Assembly (NCBI GenBank): GCA_031411895.1
Contig: JANOBZ010000181.1
Span: 2,998 to 66,997 of the forward strand
Origin: Acidobacteriota bacterium
Lineage (GTDB): Bacteria > Acidobacteriota > Blastocatellia > Pyrinomonadales > Pyrinomonadaceae
Reading direction: 5' to 3'
Length of the DNA: 64,000 bases
This document shows positions 26,272-35,457 of the stretch, in pieces. The translations under genes were made by a program, and so were the position numbers. The notes beneath the pieces were generated by a model. It saw only the letters and a list, made by a program, of their open reading frames with translations, searched no databases and had not been told where the DNA came from. How positions within the stretch are numbered: position 1 is the stretch's first letter; each line of letters begins with the position of its first letter.

Positions 26272-26444
26272 ATTGCGGAACTTGTGAATATTTTCATTTT
26301 CAACCTTCTGCGACATTGCGGTTAACCATTTGGAACATTGAAGATACAGAAATGTTGGCGAAAAATATTTAGCGACACAGCTTGAAATTATTAAATTATT
26401 GAATGTCAACAACTTAAAAGATTTGTAAAGTTCCCTAAAGATAA

Positions 26445-26459
26445 TGGCACGCGCTTTGC
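26445..26459 (+). promoter_or_regulatory. Sigma-54 (-24/-12) promoter
   Basis: TGGCACgcgctTTGC, exact match to TGGCAC-N5-TTGC; 100 nt upstream of ATG 26559. Confidence 0.7.
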
Positions 26460-26558
26460 TTTTTAGCTTCGGCAGAGGCAGCGCCGGTTACCGATAAAGG
26501 TAAGAGCAATTATCAGCAAAAGCGCCGCCGGTAGAAAGTTTTGATAAGGAGAGAAAAA

Positions 26559-27125
26559 ATGAACCGTTTTAAGAATTTATTTACAATTTTTGCTTTTTCG
26601 CTTTTAGTTTTGGCTTTGCCGACCATTGCTTCGGCACAGTGGCGCGACCGCGACCGCGATGATGACAATTACAACCGCAACGGTCGCAGCAACCGCAATC
26701 TCGAATCAACGATCAGAAACCTGAAAAACAACAGCCGCGAATTTGTGCGCCGTCTCGATCGCGAACTCGACCGCAGCCGTTACGACGACCGCAACCGTGA
26801 AGATCGGCTCAACAGTTTAGCCGAAGAATTCAAACGCGCGACGGCGAGATTGGACGACGAATATGATGGTCGCGGCGATTACCGCGACAGTCAGGACGAA
26901 GCGCGCCGCGTGATTCAGCTCGGTCAGCGACTCAGCAACGCGCTTTACCGTTCGCGTCTCGGCTACAACGTGCAGGGCGATTGGAACCGAATCCAGCAGG
27001 ATTTGAACGTTCTGTCGAACGCTTACGGCTACGACGATCGATATGATCGCAACAACCGCAACAATCGTAATAACCGCAATAACCGCAACGACGATTGGCG
27101 CAACCGGATCCCGTTCCCGTTCTAA
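26559..27125 (+). CDS. Secreted R/D/N-rich low-complexity protein, hypothetical
   Basis: Start at ATG 26559 after AAGGAGAG; signal peptide ...LPTIASAQ; (NNR)n tail; preceded by sigma-54 promoter. Confidence 0.6.
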   Translation: MNRFKNLFTIFAFSLLVLALPTIASAQWRDRDRDDDNYNRNGRSNRNLESTIRNLKNNSREFVRRLDRELDRSRYDDRNREDRLNSLAEEFKRATARLDDEYDGRGDYRDSQDEARRVIQLGQRLSNALYRSRLGYNVQGDWNRIQQDLNVLSNAYGYDDRYDRNNRNNRNNRNNRNDDWRNRIPFPF

Positions 27126-27263
27126 GATTTTCGGAAATTTAGCGCGGCTTAAAAATCCAGCCCTTCCGAAACCAACTATTAAGCCGTGTTGAAGAAAAAA
27201 GCCTGAAGCCGAAAAGCTTCGGGCTTTTTTTATTTTGCGCTTCCAAAGATTTACAATCAACGA

Positions 27264-28097
27264 ATGACGGGAACGCTTTATTTGGTCGCGACGCCGATCG
27301 GAAATTTACAGGATATGTCGGCGCGCGCTTTGGAAACATTAAAAGCCGTTGACGTGATCGCCTGCGAAGACACACGCCACACGCAAAAGCTTTTGAATCA
27401 TTATTCGATCAAAAACCGCCTCGTCAGCTATCACGAGCACAACGAAACGGCGCGCGCGCGCGAATTAGCCGAAATGCTTCGCGCGGGAAAATCCGTCGCC
27501 GTCGTCTCGGACGCCGGAACGCCCGCGATCTGCGACCCGAGTTTCAGGATCGTCGAACAGGCGATCGAGATCGGCGCGCCGGTCGTTCCGATTCCGGGCG
27601 CGGTCGCCTTTGTCAGCGCCTTGATCGCCTCGGGACTGCCGACCGATTCGGTGTTTTTCGGCGGTTTTCTGCCGTCGAGAAAAAACGAACGAATCCGCCG
27701 CTTTGAAGAAGTCAAAGATATTCCAGCGACGCTCGTTTTTTACGAGTCGCCGCACCGCATCGAAAAATCTCTGGCTGACGCGCTCGAAATCCTTGGCGAT
27801 AGAAAAGCCGCGCTCGCGCGCGAGCTGACGAAACTTCACGAAGAAACGATTCGCGGACGCTTGTCCGAAATCTTTTCCAAAGTTTCTGGCAACGCGCCGA
27901 AGGGCGAACTCGTCATAGTTCTCGACCGTAAATCGAAAGAATCGAAACGGTTAGATGTGAATAAGGCGGTGACGCTGAAATCTCGTTTAACCGAACTTGA
28001 AAGCGAAGGATCGGAGCGCAAAGCCGCTCTCAAAAAGCTTGCTAAAGAGTTCGGGTTAAGTCGTTCGGAAGTTTATCGAAGACTTCTTATAGATTAG
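27264..28097 (+). CDS. rsmI: 16S rRNA (cytidine1402-2'-O)-methyltransferase
   Basis: GTLYLVATPIGNLQD...ACEDTR...SDAGTP.I.DPG-like, FYESPHR motifs. Confidence 0.9.
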   Translation: MTGTLYLVATPIGNLQDMSARALETLKAVDVIACEDTRHTQKLLNHYSIKNRLVSYHEHNETARARELAEMLRAGKSVAVVSDAGTPAICDPSFRIVEQAIEIGAPVVPIPGAVAFVSALIASGLPTDSVFFGGFLPSRKNERIRRFEEVKDIPATLVFYESPHRIEKSLADALEILGDRKAALARELTKLHEETIRGRLSEIFSKVSGNAPKGELVIVLDRKSKESKRLDVNKAVTLKSRLTELESEGSERKAALKKLAKEFGLSRSEVYRRLLID

Positions 28098-28235
28098 AAT
28101 TTTCAGCCGAAAGATTTTGATACTCAAAAAAACACTCTTCTGATCGAATCTTCCTAATTGCTTTGACATCTTTAATTTATACCAATGGTTGTTCGAATTT
28201 TAACAGCCATATTTTTATTTTTGGAGTAATTAAAA

Positions 28236-28898
28236 ATGAAAAAATTAATACTTAGCGGACTCATGACATTAGTTTGTGCTTCATTCGGATTGGCGCAGAC
28301 CACCACGACCAGTGATTATAAAAAATCCGAGTTTTTCGTCGGTTATTCAAACCAGCAGGTTGATACCGGCATCGAGACCGAAGAAGGAAATCCGGCGCAG
28401 GAATTCTTCAACGAACGCGAATCTTTCAACGGTTTCAACGTTTCGGGCGCTTACAACGTCAGCCGTTACGTCGGCATTAAAGGCGATGTTTCGGGAGCTT
28501 ATAAAAATCAGGACTTCACCTATAACGTTCCGACCAGTCCCACGACGACCGGAACCGTCGGCTTCAAAACCCGCAATTCGGTTTATAACTTTTTAGGCGG
28601 CGTTCAGGTCAAAGACAACGCATCATCGTCGAGAATCAAGCCTTTCGGTTATGCCTTAGCCGGTGCGGCAAACGTTCGGACGAAATTCCGCGAAGTAGCC
28701 TGCCCGACCGGAACCGACTGCACGTTTTTTGACGAAGACTTTTCGGAAACCGGTTTAGCCGGCGCGTTCGGCGGTGGTTTAGACATCAAAATCACCGACA
28801 AAGTTGATTTTCGCGCGATCAAAGTCGACTACAACCCGATCAAACTCGAAGGCGGCGTAACGCACAACGTTCGTATCGGCGTCGGTCTTGTTTTCTAA
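28236..28898 (+). CDS. Outer-membrane beta-barrel protein (OmpA-like N-terminal / Opa-type barrel)
   Basis: Signal peptide, alternating amphipathic strands, terminal ...RIGVGLVF aromatic residue. Confidence 0.75.
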   Translation: MKKLILSGLMTLVCASFGLAQTTTTSDYKKSEFFVGYSNQQVDTGIETEEGNPAQEFFNERESFNGFNVSGAYNVSRYVGIKGDVSGAYKNQDFTYNVPTSPTTTGTVGFKTRNSVYNFLGGVQVKDNASSSRIKPFGYALAGAANVRTKFREVACPTGTDCTFFDEDFSETGLAGAFGGGLDIKITDKVDFRAIKVDYNPIKLEGGVTHNVRIGVGLVF

Positions 28899-28920
28899 AC
28901 CAAAACCACAAAGTAAACGG

Positions 28921-28955
28921 AAAAAGCGGCGGGCTAAAAACCTGCCGCTTTTTTA
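28921..28955 (+). terminator. Rho-independent terminator after OMP gene
   Basis: AGCGGCGGG / CCTGCCGCT stem followed by TTTTTTATTTT. Confidence 0.75.
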
Positions 28956-28984
28956 TTTTCGAGCCGCTTTTTGTTTTTTAAAAG

Positions 28985-29199
28985 GTCGCTGAAAGCGACA
29001 AAGATTATAGCGTAGGGTGTAATGAGTGAAACGAATGAAACCCTGCGTTTGATGAATAAAATAATCCGAATCTGAAGGAGTCGAACAAAAACGCGCGCAG
29101 ATTATTCGACTCTTTCAGATTCGGAACACATTGGCGAATTTGTCCCGGGGGTTAAGCTTTGCTTCACCTCTGGCTATTATCTTTATCGCTTTCAGCGAC
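28985..29199. repeat. MITE-like / structured element B (same family as 13516-13694)
   Basis: Left GTCGCTGAAAGCGACAAAGATTATAGC; right GGCTATTATCTTTATCGCTTTCAGCGAC; internal 20-bp hairpin CCGAATCTGAAGGAGTCGAA / TTCGACTCTTTCAGATTCGG. Confidence 0.75.
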
Positions 29200-29262
29200 T
29201 TCTAGAAAGCCTTTCGAACTTCATTTTCCAGTTCACAAACCGTATTCTTATTCTTTAAAGAC

Positions 29263-29298
29263 AAAAAAGGCAAAAGTTACTCAAACTTTTGCCTTTTT
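29263..29298 (-). terminator. Terminator for M28 peptidase gene, flanked by (TTTTTAC)3 units at 29298-29318
   Basis: GGCAAAAGT / ACTTTTGCC stem with A run (T run on the minus strand). Confidence 0.7.
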
Positions 29299-29319
29299 AC
29301 TTTTTACTTTTTACTTAAA

Positions 29320-30990
29320 TTACCGCTTTGTTAGTTCCGGCGGAAGCTGTTTATCAACCTTCGGGCGTTCCTTGAGATCGGCAATTTCCCAGAGCGTCAA
29401 AAAGATCGTCCGCGTAACTTTTTCCATCTTCTCGTAATCGATCTTGTCAGCCGAATCGCTCGCCTGATGATAATCGGCGTGAACGCCGTCGAACCAGAAG
29501 ACGATCGGAATGCCGTTGACCGCGTAATTGAAATGGTCGGAGCGGAAAAAGAAACGGTTTTTGTCTTTCGGGTCGTCGTATTTGTAGTTATACCCGAGCT
29601 GTAAATACTGGTCGTTCGTTCCCTTTGTGATCGCGCCCAAGGTCGAACTCATCATTTCCGAACCGATCACGTAAATGTCGTTTTCGCCCGAAAGTTCGGC
29701 GTTGCGTTTATCGGTGTCACCCGGCTTTTTGCTGCGCCCGATCATATCGATATTGAGCTGCGTAACGACGTTTTTAATATCGACCGTCGGGAATTTGTTG
29801 AAATATTCCGAGCCCCACAAACCTTTCTCCTCGCCCGCGTGCCAGACGAAAAGAATCGAACGTTTCGGACGCTTGGCGACTTTGGCGAGCGTTTCGGCAA
29901 TCGCCAGCACGGCAACCGTGCCCGAACCGTCGTCGTCCGCGCCGTTCCATATTTTATCGTCGCCCGGCGCGTTCGGACGAATTCCGTCGTGGTCGTAATG
30001 CGCGCCGATCGCGACGTATTCGTTCTTCAAAACCGGGTCTGAGCCTTCCCAGATCGCGACAACGTTCTGCGTCGTCGCTTTTTCCTGCGTCGTCACAACC
30101 GACACATCAGCCTTTTTATCGGCGCTGAAAGCGAAAGTCGGCATCGGGACTAAGGTCGGATTTTCCGTAGTTGGATTCTTATTAAAAATCTCGGTGATCT
30201 TGTTCAAATCGCTCGCTTCGCCGCGAAACAGATTTTCCGCCGCCTTGCGCGACAGGTAAAGCGTCGGCAAAGGTTTGTCGCCCGGTTCCTGCAATTTATC
30301 AACGACATAGCCGCTGCGCTCGCGCAAAGGGCGAATCATCTGCCAGTTTTTCTCGACGTTCGGCGAAGCGACAACGATCAAGCCCGCCGCTCCGCTCATT
30401 CTCGCGTAGGTCATCGGATCAGCCCAATCGACGCCCTGTTTGCCGCTCGCGAAAAGCTCCTGAAAAGTCGCGCCGCGCGGGAAATTTTCGCTGTAGATGA
30501 CCGCGATCTTGCCGCGCACGTCAACGTCTTTGTAAGGCTCGATGCCTTTTGATTTGATGAGCCAGCCGTTGCCGCCGAAAACCATCGGCACACCGGCAAC
30601 GCTTCCGGCAAACGGGTTGGCGAAAAAGTCCGTTCCGTAAACCAGATTCTGCCCGCCGAGATTCGCGACCGTGCTTGCGGGATTAACTATGTCGCGGTGC
30701 ATATCCATTTTCTGATAAAACGAACCGTCGCCGCCGCCGCCCTTAAAGCCCCAGCGCGAAAGCAGCGTGCCCATAAATTTCGCCGTCAGATCAAGTCCCT
30801 GTGAAGGCGTATCGCGCCCGCCCATCTCGTCCGAAGCGACGTAATAAAGATAATCTTTAAGCTGCGCCGCCGTAATCATTTCCGCCATTTTGCGTTCCTG
30901 CGGCGTAATCTTGACCGCCGCCTGACCGAGCGCAAGCGACGGGAATAGAAACGTAAAGACTAAAAATAAACCTAATAAATTTTTTCGCAT
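29320..30990 (-). CDS. M28 family metallopeptidase with PA domain
   Basis: Start at ATG 30990 (MRKNLLGLFLVF signal) after GGAGAAAAA; HYDH, DDDGSGT, EEKGLWGS, HQASD motifs. Confidence 0.85.
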   Translation of the reverse strand: MRKNLLGLFLVFTFLFPSLALGQAAVKITPQERKMAEMITAAQLKDYLYYVASDEMGGRDTPSQGLDLTAKFMGTLLSRWGFKGGGGDGSFYQKMDMHRDIVNPASTVANLGGQNLVYGTDFFANPFAGSVAGVPMVFGGNGWLIKSKGIEPYKDVDVRGKIAVIYSENFPRGATFQELFASGKQGVDWADPMTYARMSGAAGLIVVASPNVEKNWQMIRPLRERSGYVVDKLQEPGDKPLPTLYLSRKAAENLFRGEASDLNKITEIFNKNPTTENPTLVPMPTFAFSADKKADVSVVTTQEKATTQNVVAIWEGSDPVLKNEYVAIGAHYDHDGIRPNAPGDDKIWNGADDDGSGTVAVLAIAETLAKVAKRPKRSILFVWHAGEEKGLWGSEYFNKFPTVDIKNVVTQLNIDMIGRSKKPGDTDKRNAELSGENDIYVIGSEMMSSTLGAITKGTNDQYLQLGYNYKYDDPKDKNRFFFRSDHFNYAVNGIPIVFWFDGVHADYHQASDSADKIDYEKMEKVTRTIFLTLWEIADLKERPKVDKQLPPELTKR

Positions 30991-31174
30991 TTTTTCTCCA
31001 CAAATTATGTTAAAAACCAAGTGAATACTTACGTAAGAAGTTTTGATGATGTTTCAAAATCGCCGATTAAATTCAATCGAACGAGACTTTAGATGACGAA
31101 AGCCGCGTTCGCGAACCTCGCGAAAATGCTTCTAAATGAAATTAAAAGCCGCCTGAAAAACACTTAATGATTTT

Positions 31175-31221
31175 CTTGGCGACTTTGCGGGAGAAAAGAT
31201 AGTTCCCGCAAAGTCGCCAAG
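31175..31221. repeat. Hairpin element (GCAAAGTCGCC family)
   Basis: CTTGGCGACTTTGCGGGA - loop - TCCCGCAAAGTCGCCAAG, perfect 18-nt arms. Confidence 0.9.
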
Positions 31222-31245
31222 CCGCTAAGAAATTGAGAAAGCTTT

Positions 31246-32046
31246 TTAACTTTGGGCGACGACCGAGATTTTATGACGGTCGGCGAGCGCGAGCATTTCC
31301 GTTTTTTCGAACATTAAGGTTTTGTCGGGCGTCAGGCAAAGACAGGTTGCGCCGGCTTCGATCATCGTTTCGATCGTCGGAACGCCGACTACGGGCACGT
31401 CGAAGCGCATATCCTGATTCGGTTTTGCGACTTTAACGACTGTCAGTTTGCCTTTTGCGAGCGTTCCGGCGCGCTGAATACAGGCGTCGGTTCCTTCCAT
31501 CGCTTCGACGGCGACGCACGCTTTGGCGCGGACAACGACTGTCTGCCCCAAATCGAGTCGCGCGATCTCGCCCGCGATGCGCAAGCCGTATTCGATGTTT
31601 TCGCGTTCGGTTTCGTCGGGCTTGCGGCGCGTTAAAACGCCTTCCTCAGCGAGTTGGTCTTTGATGAAATAGGTCGAATCAATCAATTCGATGCCTTCTT
31701 TCGCCATCTCTCCGGCGACGCCGCCGATCAGCGCGTCGGTGTTTCTTTGCGGCAGATTCCAGAGCATTTTGATCATCCGCAAATCCGGCAAAGCGCCCGA
31801 AAATATCTGCACGTGCTTGACCTGTCCAGCCATGATTGCCTTTTCGACGCCTTCGCTTTTAAAAAACGAGATCATCTTGCCGAGCTGTCCGATGCCGACC
31901 CAGACGACTTTGTCCGCGACTTCTTCGATGCGTTTGTCGGTTTCTTCTTTAATCGCGACGACCGACAAAGACGCACCGGCTTTGCGCGCGCCTTCGAGAA
32001 CGAGAAAAGGAAACCTGCCGTTTCCGGCAATCAGACCGAATTTCAT
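31246..32046 (-). CDS. lpxI: UDP-2,3-diacylglucosamine diphosphatase LpxI (DUF1009)
   Basis: MKFGLIAGNGRFPF...GQLGKMI...D.RFD.P.VG... pattern of LpxI. Confidence 0.75.
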   Translation of the reverse strand: MKFGLIAGNGRFPFLVLEGARKAGASLSVVAIKEETDKRIEEVADKVVWVGIGQLGKMISFFKSEGVEKAIMAGQVKHVQIFSGALPDLRMIKMLWNLPQRNTDALIGGVAGEMAKEGIELIDSTYFIKDQLAEEGVLTRRKPDETERENIEYGLRIAGEIARLDLGQTVVVRAKACVAVEAMEGTDACIQRAGTLAKGKLTVVKVAKPNQDMRFDVPVVGVPTIETMIEAGATCLCLTPDKTLMFEKTEMLALADRHKISVVAQS

Positions 32047-32108
32047 AAGCTTTCAGACAAAAAGAGATTTTAGCATCTTTGCGCGGTAATTTTCAGGCAA
32101 TTGCGCCT

Positions 32109-32202
32109 GAAAAATCAGTACAGCGAGCGGCAGCGAGTCGAGTTTCAATATTAGAACTTTGCTCGAAAAGCATACTTGCTGCCGCTCGCTATACTGATTT
32201 TC
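32109..32202. repeat. Element of about 95 bp with 25-nt terminal inverted repeats
   Basis: GAAAAATCAGTACAGCGAGCGGCAG ... CTGCCGCTCGCTATACTGATTTTC. Confidence 0.8.
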
Positions 32203-32227
32203 TCTCAATACAACGAACATTCGAAAT

Positions 32228-32296
32228 AAGTGAAAAGTGACAGGTGATAAGTAAGGCGTTCGAATCTATCACTTTTCACCTGTCACTTTTTACCTG
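32228..32296. repeat. Tandem-unit hairpin element (GTGAnAA heptamer family)
   Basis: AAGTGAA AAGTGAC AGGTGAT AAGTAAG - loop - TATCACT TTTCACC TGTCACT TTTTACC; unit order differs between the arms. Confidence 0.85.
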
Positions 32297-32357
32297 TTCC
32301 GAATCGCGCGTCGGCTCTCAAATCATTTTTAACGCGCCAATTTTGTATGATTGAGAT

Positions 32358-32909
32358 ATGAAAAATTTCAAACCCTCAAAAGAAGATTTGCGCGATGCCG
32401 TCAATCGGACGACCGAAGATTTGATCGATCATAACTTGAAGATTTTGTTTTGCGGCATCAATCCCGGTTTGTGGTCGGGCGCGACCGGCTTTCACTTCGC
32501 GCGTCCGGGCAATCGTTTCTGGAAAGTGCTGCATCTCGCGGGTTTTACCGACCGCCAACTGCATCCGTCGGAAGAATACGAGCTTTTAGAACGCGGCTAC
32601 GGCATCACATCTTTCTGCAAACGAACAACCGCGCGCGCCGACGAATTAACGACCGAAGAATTTATCGCAGGCGGCAAAGCGCTCGTCAAAAAGCTCGAAA
32701 AATACAAACCGCAAACGCTCGCCGTGCTCGGCATCACCGCTTTCCGCGCCGCGTTTCAAAACCCGAAAGCGAAATTAGGCTTGCAGGACGAAATAATCGC
32801 AAACGTTCCCGTCTGGGTTCTCCCAAACCCGAGCGGCTTAAACGCGCACTATCAAGCAGATGCGCTTGCCGCGCTGTTTCGCGAAGTAAGAATCGAAAGC
32901 GAGAAATGA
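32358..32909 (+). CDS. mug: G/U mismatch-specific DNA glycosylase
   Basis: ILFCGINPGLWSGATGFHFARPGNRFWKVLHLAGFT and LPNPSGLN motifs. Confidence 0.85.
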   Translation: MKNFKPSKEDLRDAVNRTTEDLIDHNLKILFCGINPGLWSGATGFHFARPGNRFWKVLHLAGFTDRQLHPSEEYELLERGYGITSFCKRTTARADELTTEEFIAGGKALVKKLEKYKPQTLAVLGITAFRAAFQNPKAKLGLQDEIIANVPVWVLPNPSGLNAHYQADALAALFREVRIESEK

Positions 32910-33203
32910 ATAGCGAAATGTTAGAAGCTATCTCAAAAACTTTTGAAAGAATTTTGAAATCTAATCTTCTGTTCCGTGATTGCATTGTTCGACCGCAATC
33001 AAACCAAACTCGCCTTCGGCAAATTTATGTTCTTGACACCGCACTATCTCGCCAAAATCAAACTGCGGGTAAAAATGTTCGGGATCAGGATTTTCATCAA
33101 CAATCCGATAACAATTTTCGTGCGCGTGAACTGATTGAACAGGAGACCAGTGTTGAATAAAACCTTTAATAGAAACTATAGATCAATGTTTTCTCAGACA
33201 TAC

Positions 33204-34757
33204 TTATTCCCACTCGATCGTCGAGGGCGGTTTCGATGAAATGTCGTAGACGACGCGGTTGATGCCGCGAATTTCCGCTGTAATCCTTGATGAAACTTTT
33301 TGTAAGAAATCGAACGGCAGACGCGCCCAATCTGCCGTCATTCCGTCGGTCGAAGTGACGGCACGCAGCACGACCGTTTTTTCGTATGTGCGGAAATCGC
33401 CCATCACGCCGACCGATTGAACCGGAAGCAGCACGGCGAACGCCTGCCAGACATCGCTGTAAATCTTGAAATTATGCAGCTCCTCGATAAAAATCTTGTC
33501 GGCTTTTTGCAGTAATTCAACTTTTTCGGGCGTAATGTCGCCCAGGATACGCACGCCCAAGCCCGGACCGGGAAACGGGTGACGTTCGAGAATCTCGGCG
33601 GGAATTCCCAAATCCTTGCCGATCGCGCGAACTTCGTCTTTGAACAATTCGCGCAACGGCTCGATCAGTTTGAGATTCATCTTTTCGGGCAAACCGCCGA
33701 CGTTGTGATGCGATTTGATTGTGACCGACGCGCCGCGCAAAGATACGGATTCGATCACGTCGGGATATAAAGTTCCCTGCACGAGCCATTTCACATCGCC
33801 GATCTTGTTTGCTTCCGCATCGAAAATATCAATAAATTTCGCGCCGATCGCCTTGCGCTTGAGCTCCGGATCAACGACATCTTTCAAAACCGCGTAAAAC
33901 TCCTCGGACGCGTCAACGCCGATCACGTTTAATTGCAGTTTTTCCTTGTAGAGCTTTAAGGTCGTCTCGAATTCGTCGGCGCGAAGCAGTCCGTTATTGA
34001 CGAAAATACAGGTTTGCCGCTCGCCGATCGCTTCGTGAACGAGAACCGCCGCGACCGTCGAATCAACGCCGCCCGAAAGCCCGCAGACGACTCTGCCGCT
34101 CCCACCGACCGTCGCGCAAATTTTTTCAATTTCCTCGGCGATAAATTGTTTCGAAGTCCAATCGCCTTTGCACTCGCAGATATTGAAAAGAAAGTTTCGC
34201 AAAACTTCTTTGCCCAAAGGCGTGTGCGAAACTTCGGGGTGAAACTGAACGGCGTAAATCTTTCGCGCGTCGTTTTCGATCGCCGTCACGACATCGCCCG
34301 TCGTCGCCGTCTGCCGAAAGCCTTCGGGCAAAGCGGTAACGTGGTCGCCGTGGCTCATCCACGCGTCGATTTCGAAGGGCATTTCGGCAAAAAGCGCGGT
34401 CTTGCCGCTCAGAATTTTAACCAGTGCGTGCCCGTATTCGCGTTTGTCCGACGGCGAAACCGTGCCGTTCAAATCCTTTGCCAAGAGCTGCATTCCGTAG
34501 CAAATTCCTAAGATCGGCGCGCTTACCGAGGCGTAAAAATCCGCCGGAACCTGCGGCGCGTCCCGTTCATAAACCGAATTCGGACCGCCCGACAAAATGA
34601 CGCCTTTCGGATTTCGCTCAAGAATCTTTTCGAGCGGAAACGTAAACGGTACGATTTCGCAGTAAACGCCCTGCTCGCGCACGCGCCGCGCGATGAGCTG
34701 CGTGTATTGCGAGCCGAAATCGAGAATTAAAATAAGTTCGTGGTTTGCAGTAGTCAA
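33204..34757 (-). CDS. guaA: GMP synthase (glutamine-hydrolysing)
   Basis: 517 aa; ILILDFGSQYTQLIARRVRE, GICYGMQ, CGLSGGVDS, ...KPPSTIEWE terminus. Confidence 0.95.
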   Translation of the reverse strand: MTTANHELILILDFGSQYTQLIARRVREQGVYCEIVPFTFPLEKILERNPKGVILSGGPNSVYERDAPQVPADFYASVSAPILGICYGMQLLAKDLNGTVSPSDKREYGHALVKILSGKTALFAEMPFEIDAWMSHGDHVTALPEGFRQTATTGDVVTAIENDARKIYAVQFHPEVSHTPLGKEVLRNFLFNICECKGDWTSKQFIAEEIEKICATVGGSGRVVCGLSGGVDSTVAAVLVHEAIGERQTCIFVNNGLLRADEFETTLKLYKEKLQLNVIGVDASEEFYAVLKDVVDPELKRKAIGAKFIDIFDAEANKIGDVKWLVQGTLYPDVIESVSLRGASVTIKSHHNVGGLPEKMNLKLIEPLRELFKDEVRAIGKDLGIPAEILERHPFPGPGLGVRILGDITPEKVELLQKADKIFIEELHNFKIYSDVWQAFAVLLPVQSVGVMGDFRTYEKTVVLRAVTSTDGMTADWARLPFDFLQKVSSRITAEIRGINRVVYDISSKPPSTIEWE

Positions 34758-34820
34758 ATCATTTCTCCAAAAAATTTATGTTTTTATTCTCAAATCTAAA
34801 TAACAAATTCGCAAGTCGGC

Positions 34821-34849
34821 TTGACAAGAAACCGCAAAATACTTAACCT
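34821..34849 (+). promoter_or_regulatory. Sigma-70-like promoter candidate for the tRNA gene
   Basis: TTGACA (34821-34826), 17-nt spacer, TAACCT (34844-34849); tRNA 5' end at 34873. Confidence 0.45.
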
Positions 34850-34906
34850 AAAAATTCGTCTTCGGGCGATATTCCGCAGTAGCTCAATGGCAGAGCATTC
34901 GGCTGT

Positions 34907-35457
34907 AAGCTAGGCAAGGTCTTTTACAATGGCAGAGAAGCGCACATATCAACAGCGCAGAGAATACATGCTCGAAGCGGTTAAACGCCGAAGGGCAAAA
35001 GTTCGAGAAATGGCTGTTGAATACAAAGGCGGTAGTTGTGAGGTTTGCGGCTACAATCGTTGTATCGAAGCACTTGAATTTCATCATCTTGATCCGGTAA
35101 AAAAAGAATTTGGAATTTCCGCAAAAGGTTATTCCAGAAGTTGGGAAAAGGTTAAAGCTGAAATTGAAAAATGTGTTTTGTTGTGTGCAAATTGTCATCG
35201 TGAATTCCACGCTGGAAAGTTGCAGCTTTCACAGGTGACTGTGATTGAAAAATCGGATGAATTCAGGGAAGCCTTCATTAATGCAAATTAATATGGTAAT
35301 CCTGAGCGAAGCCTGCTGAATGGTTTAAGAGTAAGCAGGAACGTGCAGAGACTAGAGATTGAGGAAACCAAACCGATAAAATCTCCACGAGCGTCCGACA
35401 ACTTTTTAGGAAGTTGATGAGATAGTCCACACTCAAACGAAAGTTTGGGAGAAAGTG
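34907..35457 (+). mobile_element. Group I (IC3-like) intron candidate with homing-endonuclease ORF
   Basis: Preceded by exon U, ends in G; blocks CAGGGAAGCC (35264-35273), AATCCTGAGCGAAGCC (35298-35313) and GTGCAGAGACTAGA (35343-35356) resemble conserved P4/P6/J8-7 segments of tRNA-Leu/Azoarcus-type group I introns (from memory; not folded). Confidence 0.7.
34929..35291 (+). CDS. HNH endonuclease (intron-encoded, putative homing endonuclease)
   Basis: CEVCGY...LEFHHLDP...KCVLLCANCHREFH HNH/Zn motif; AAGG 10 nt upstream of ATG; 3' end of ORF overlaps the putative P4-P5 region. Confidence 0.8.
   Translation: MAEKRTYQQRREYMLEAVKRRRAKVREMAVEYKGGSCEVCGYNRCIEALEFHHLDPVKKEFGISAKGYSRSWEKVKAEIEKCVLLCANCHREFHAGKLQLSQVTVIEKSDEFREAFINAN

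Noticed and set aside
34884-35210. Minus-strand 108-aa ORF overlapping the tRNA intron.
   Set aside because: It is antisense to the HNH ORF, which has a clear catalytic motif. Its own translation has no motif and a Phe/Cys/Thr-rich shadow composition.
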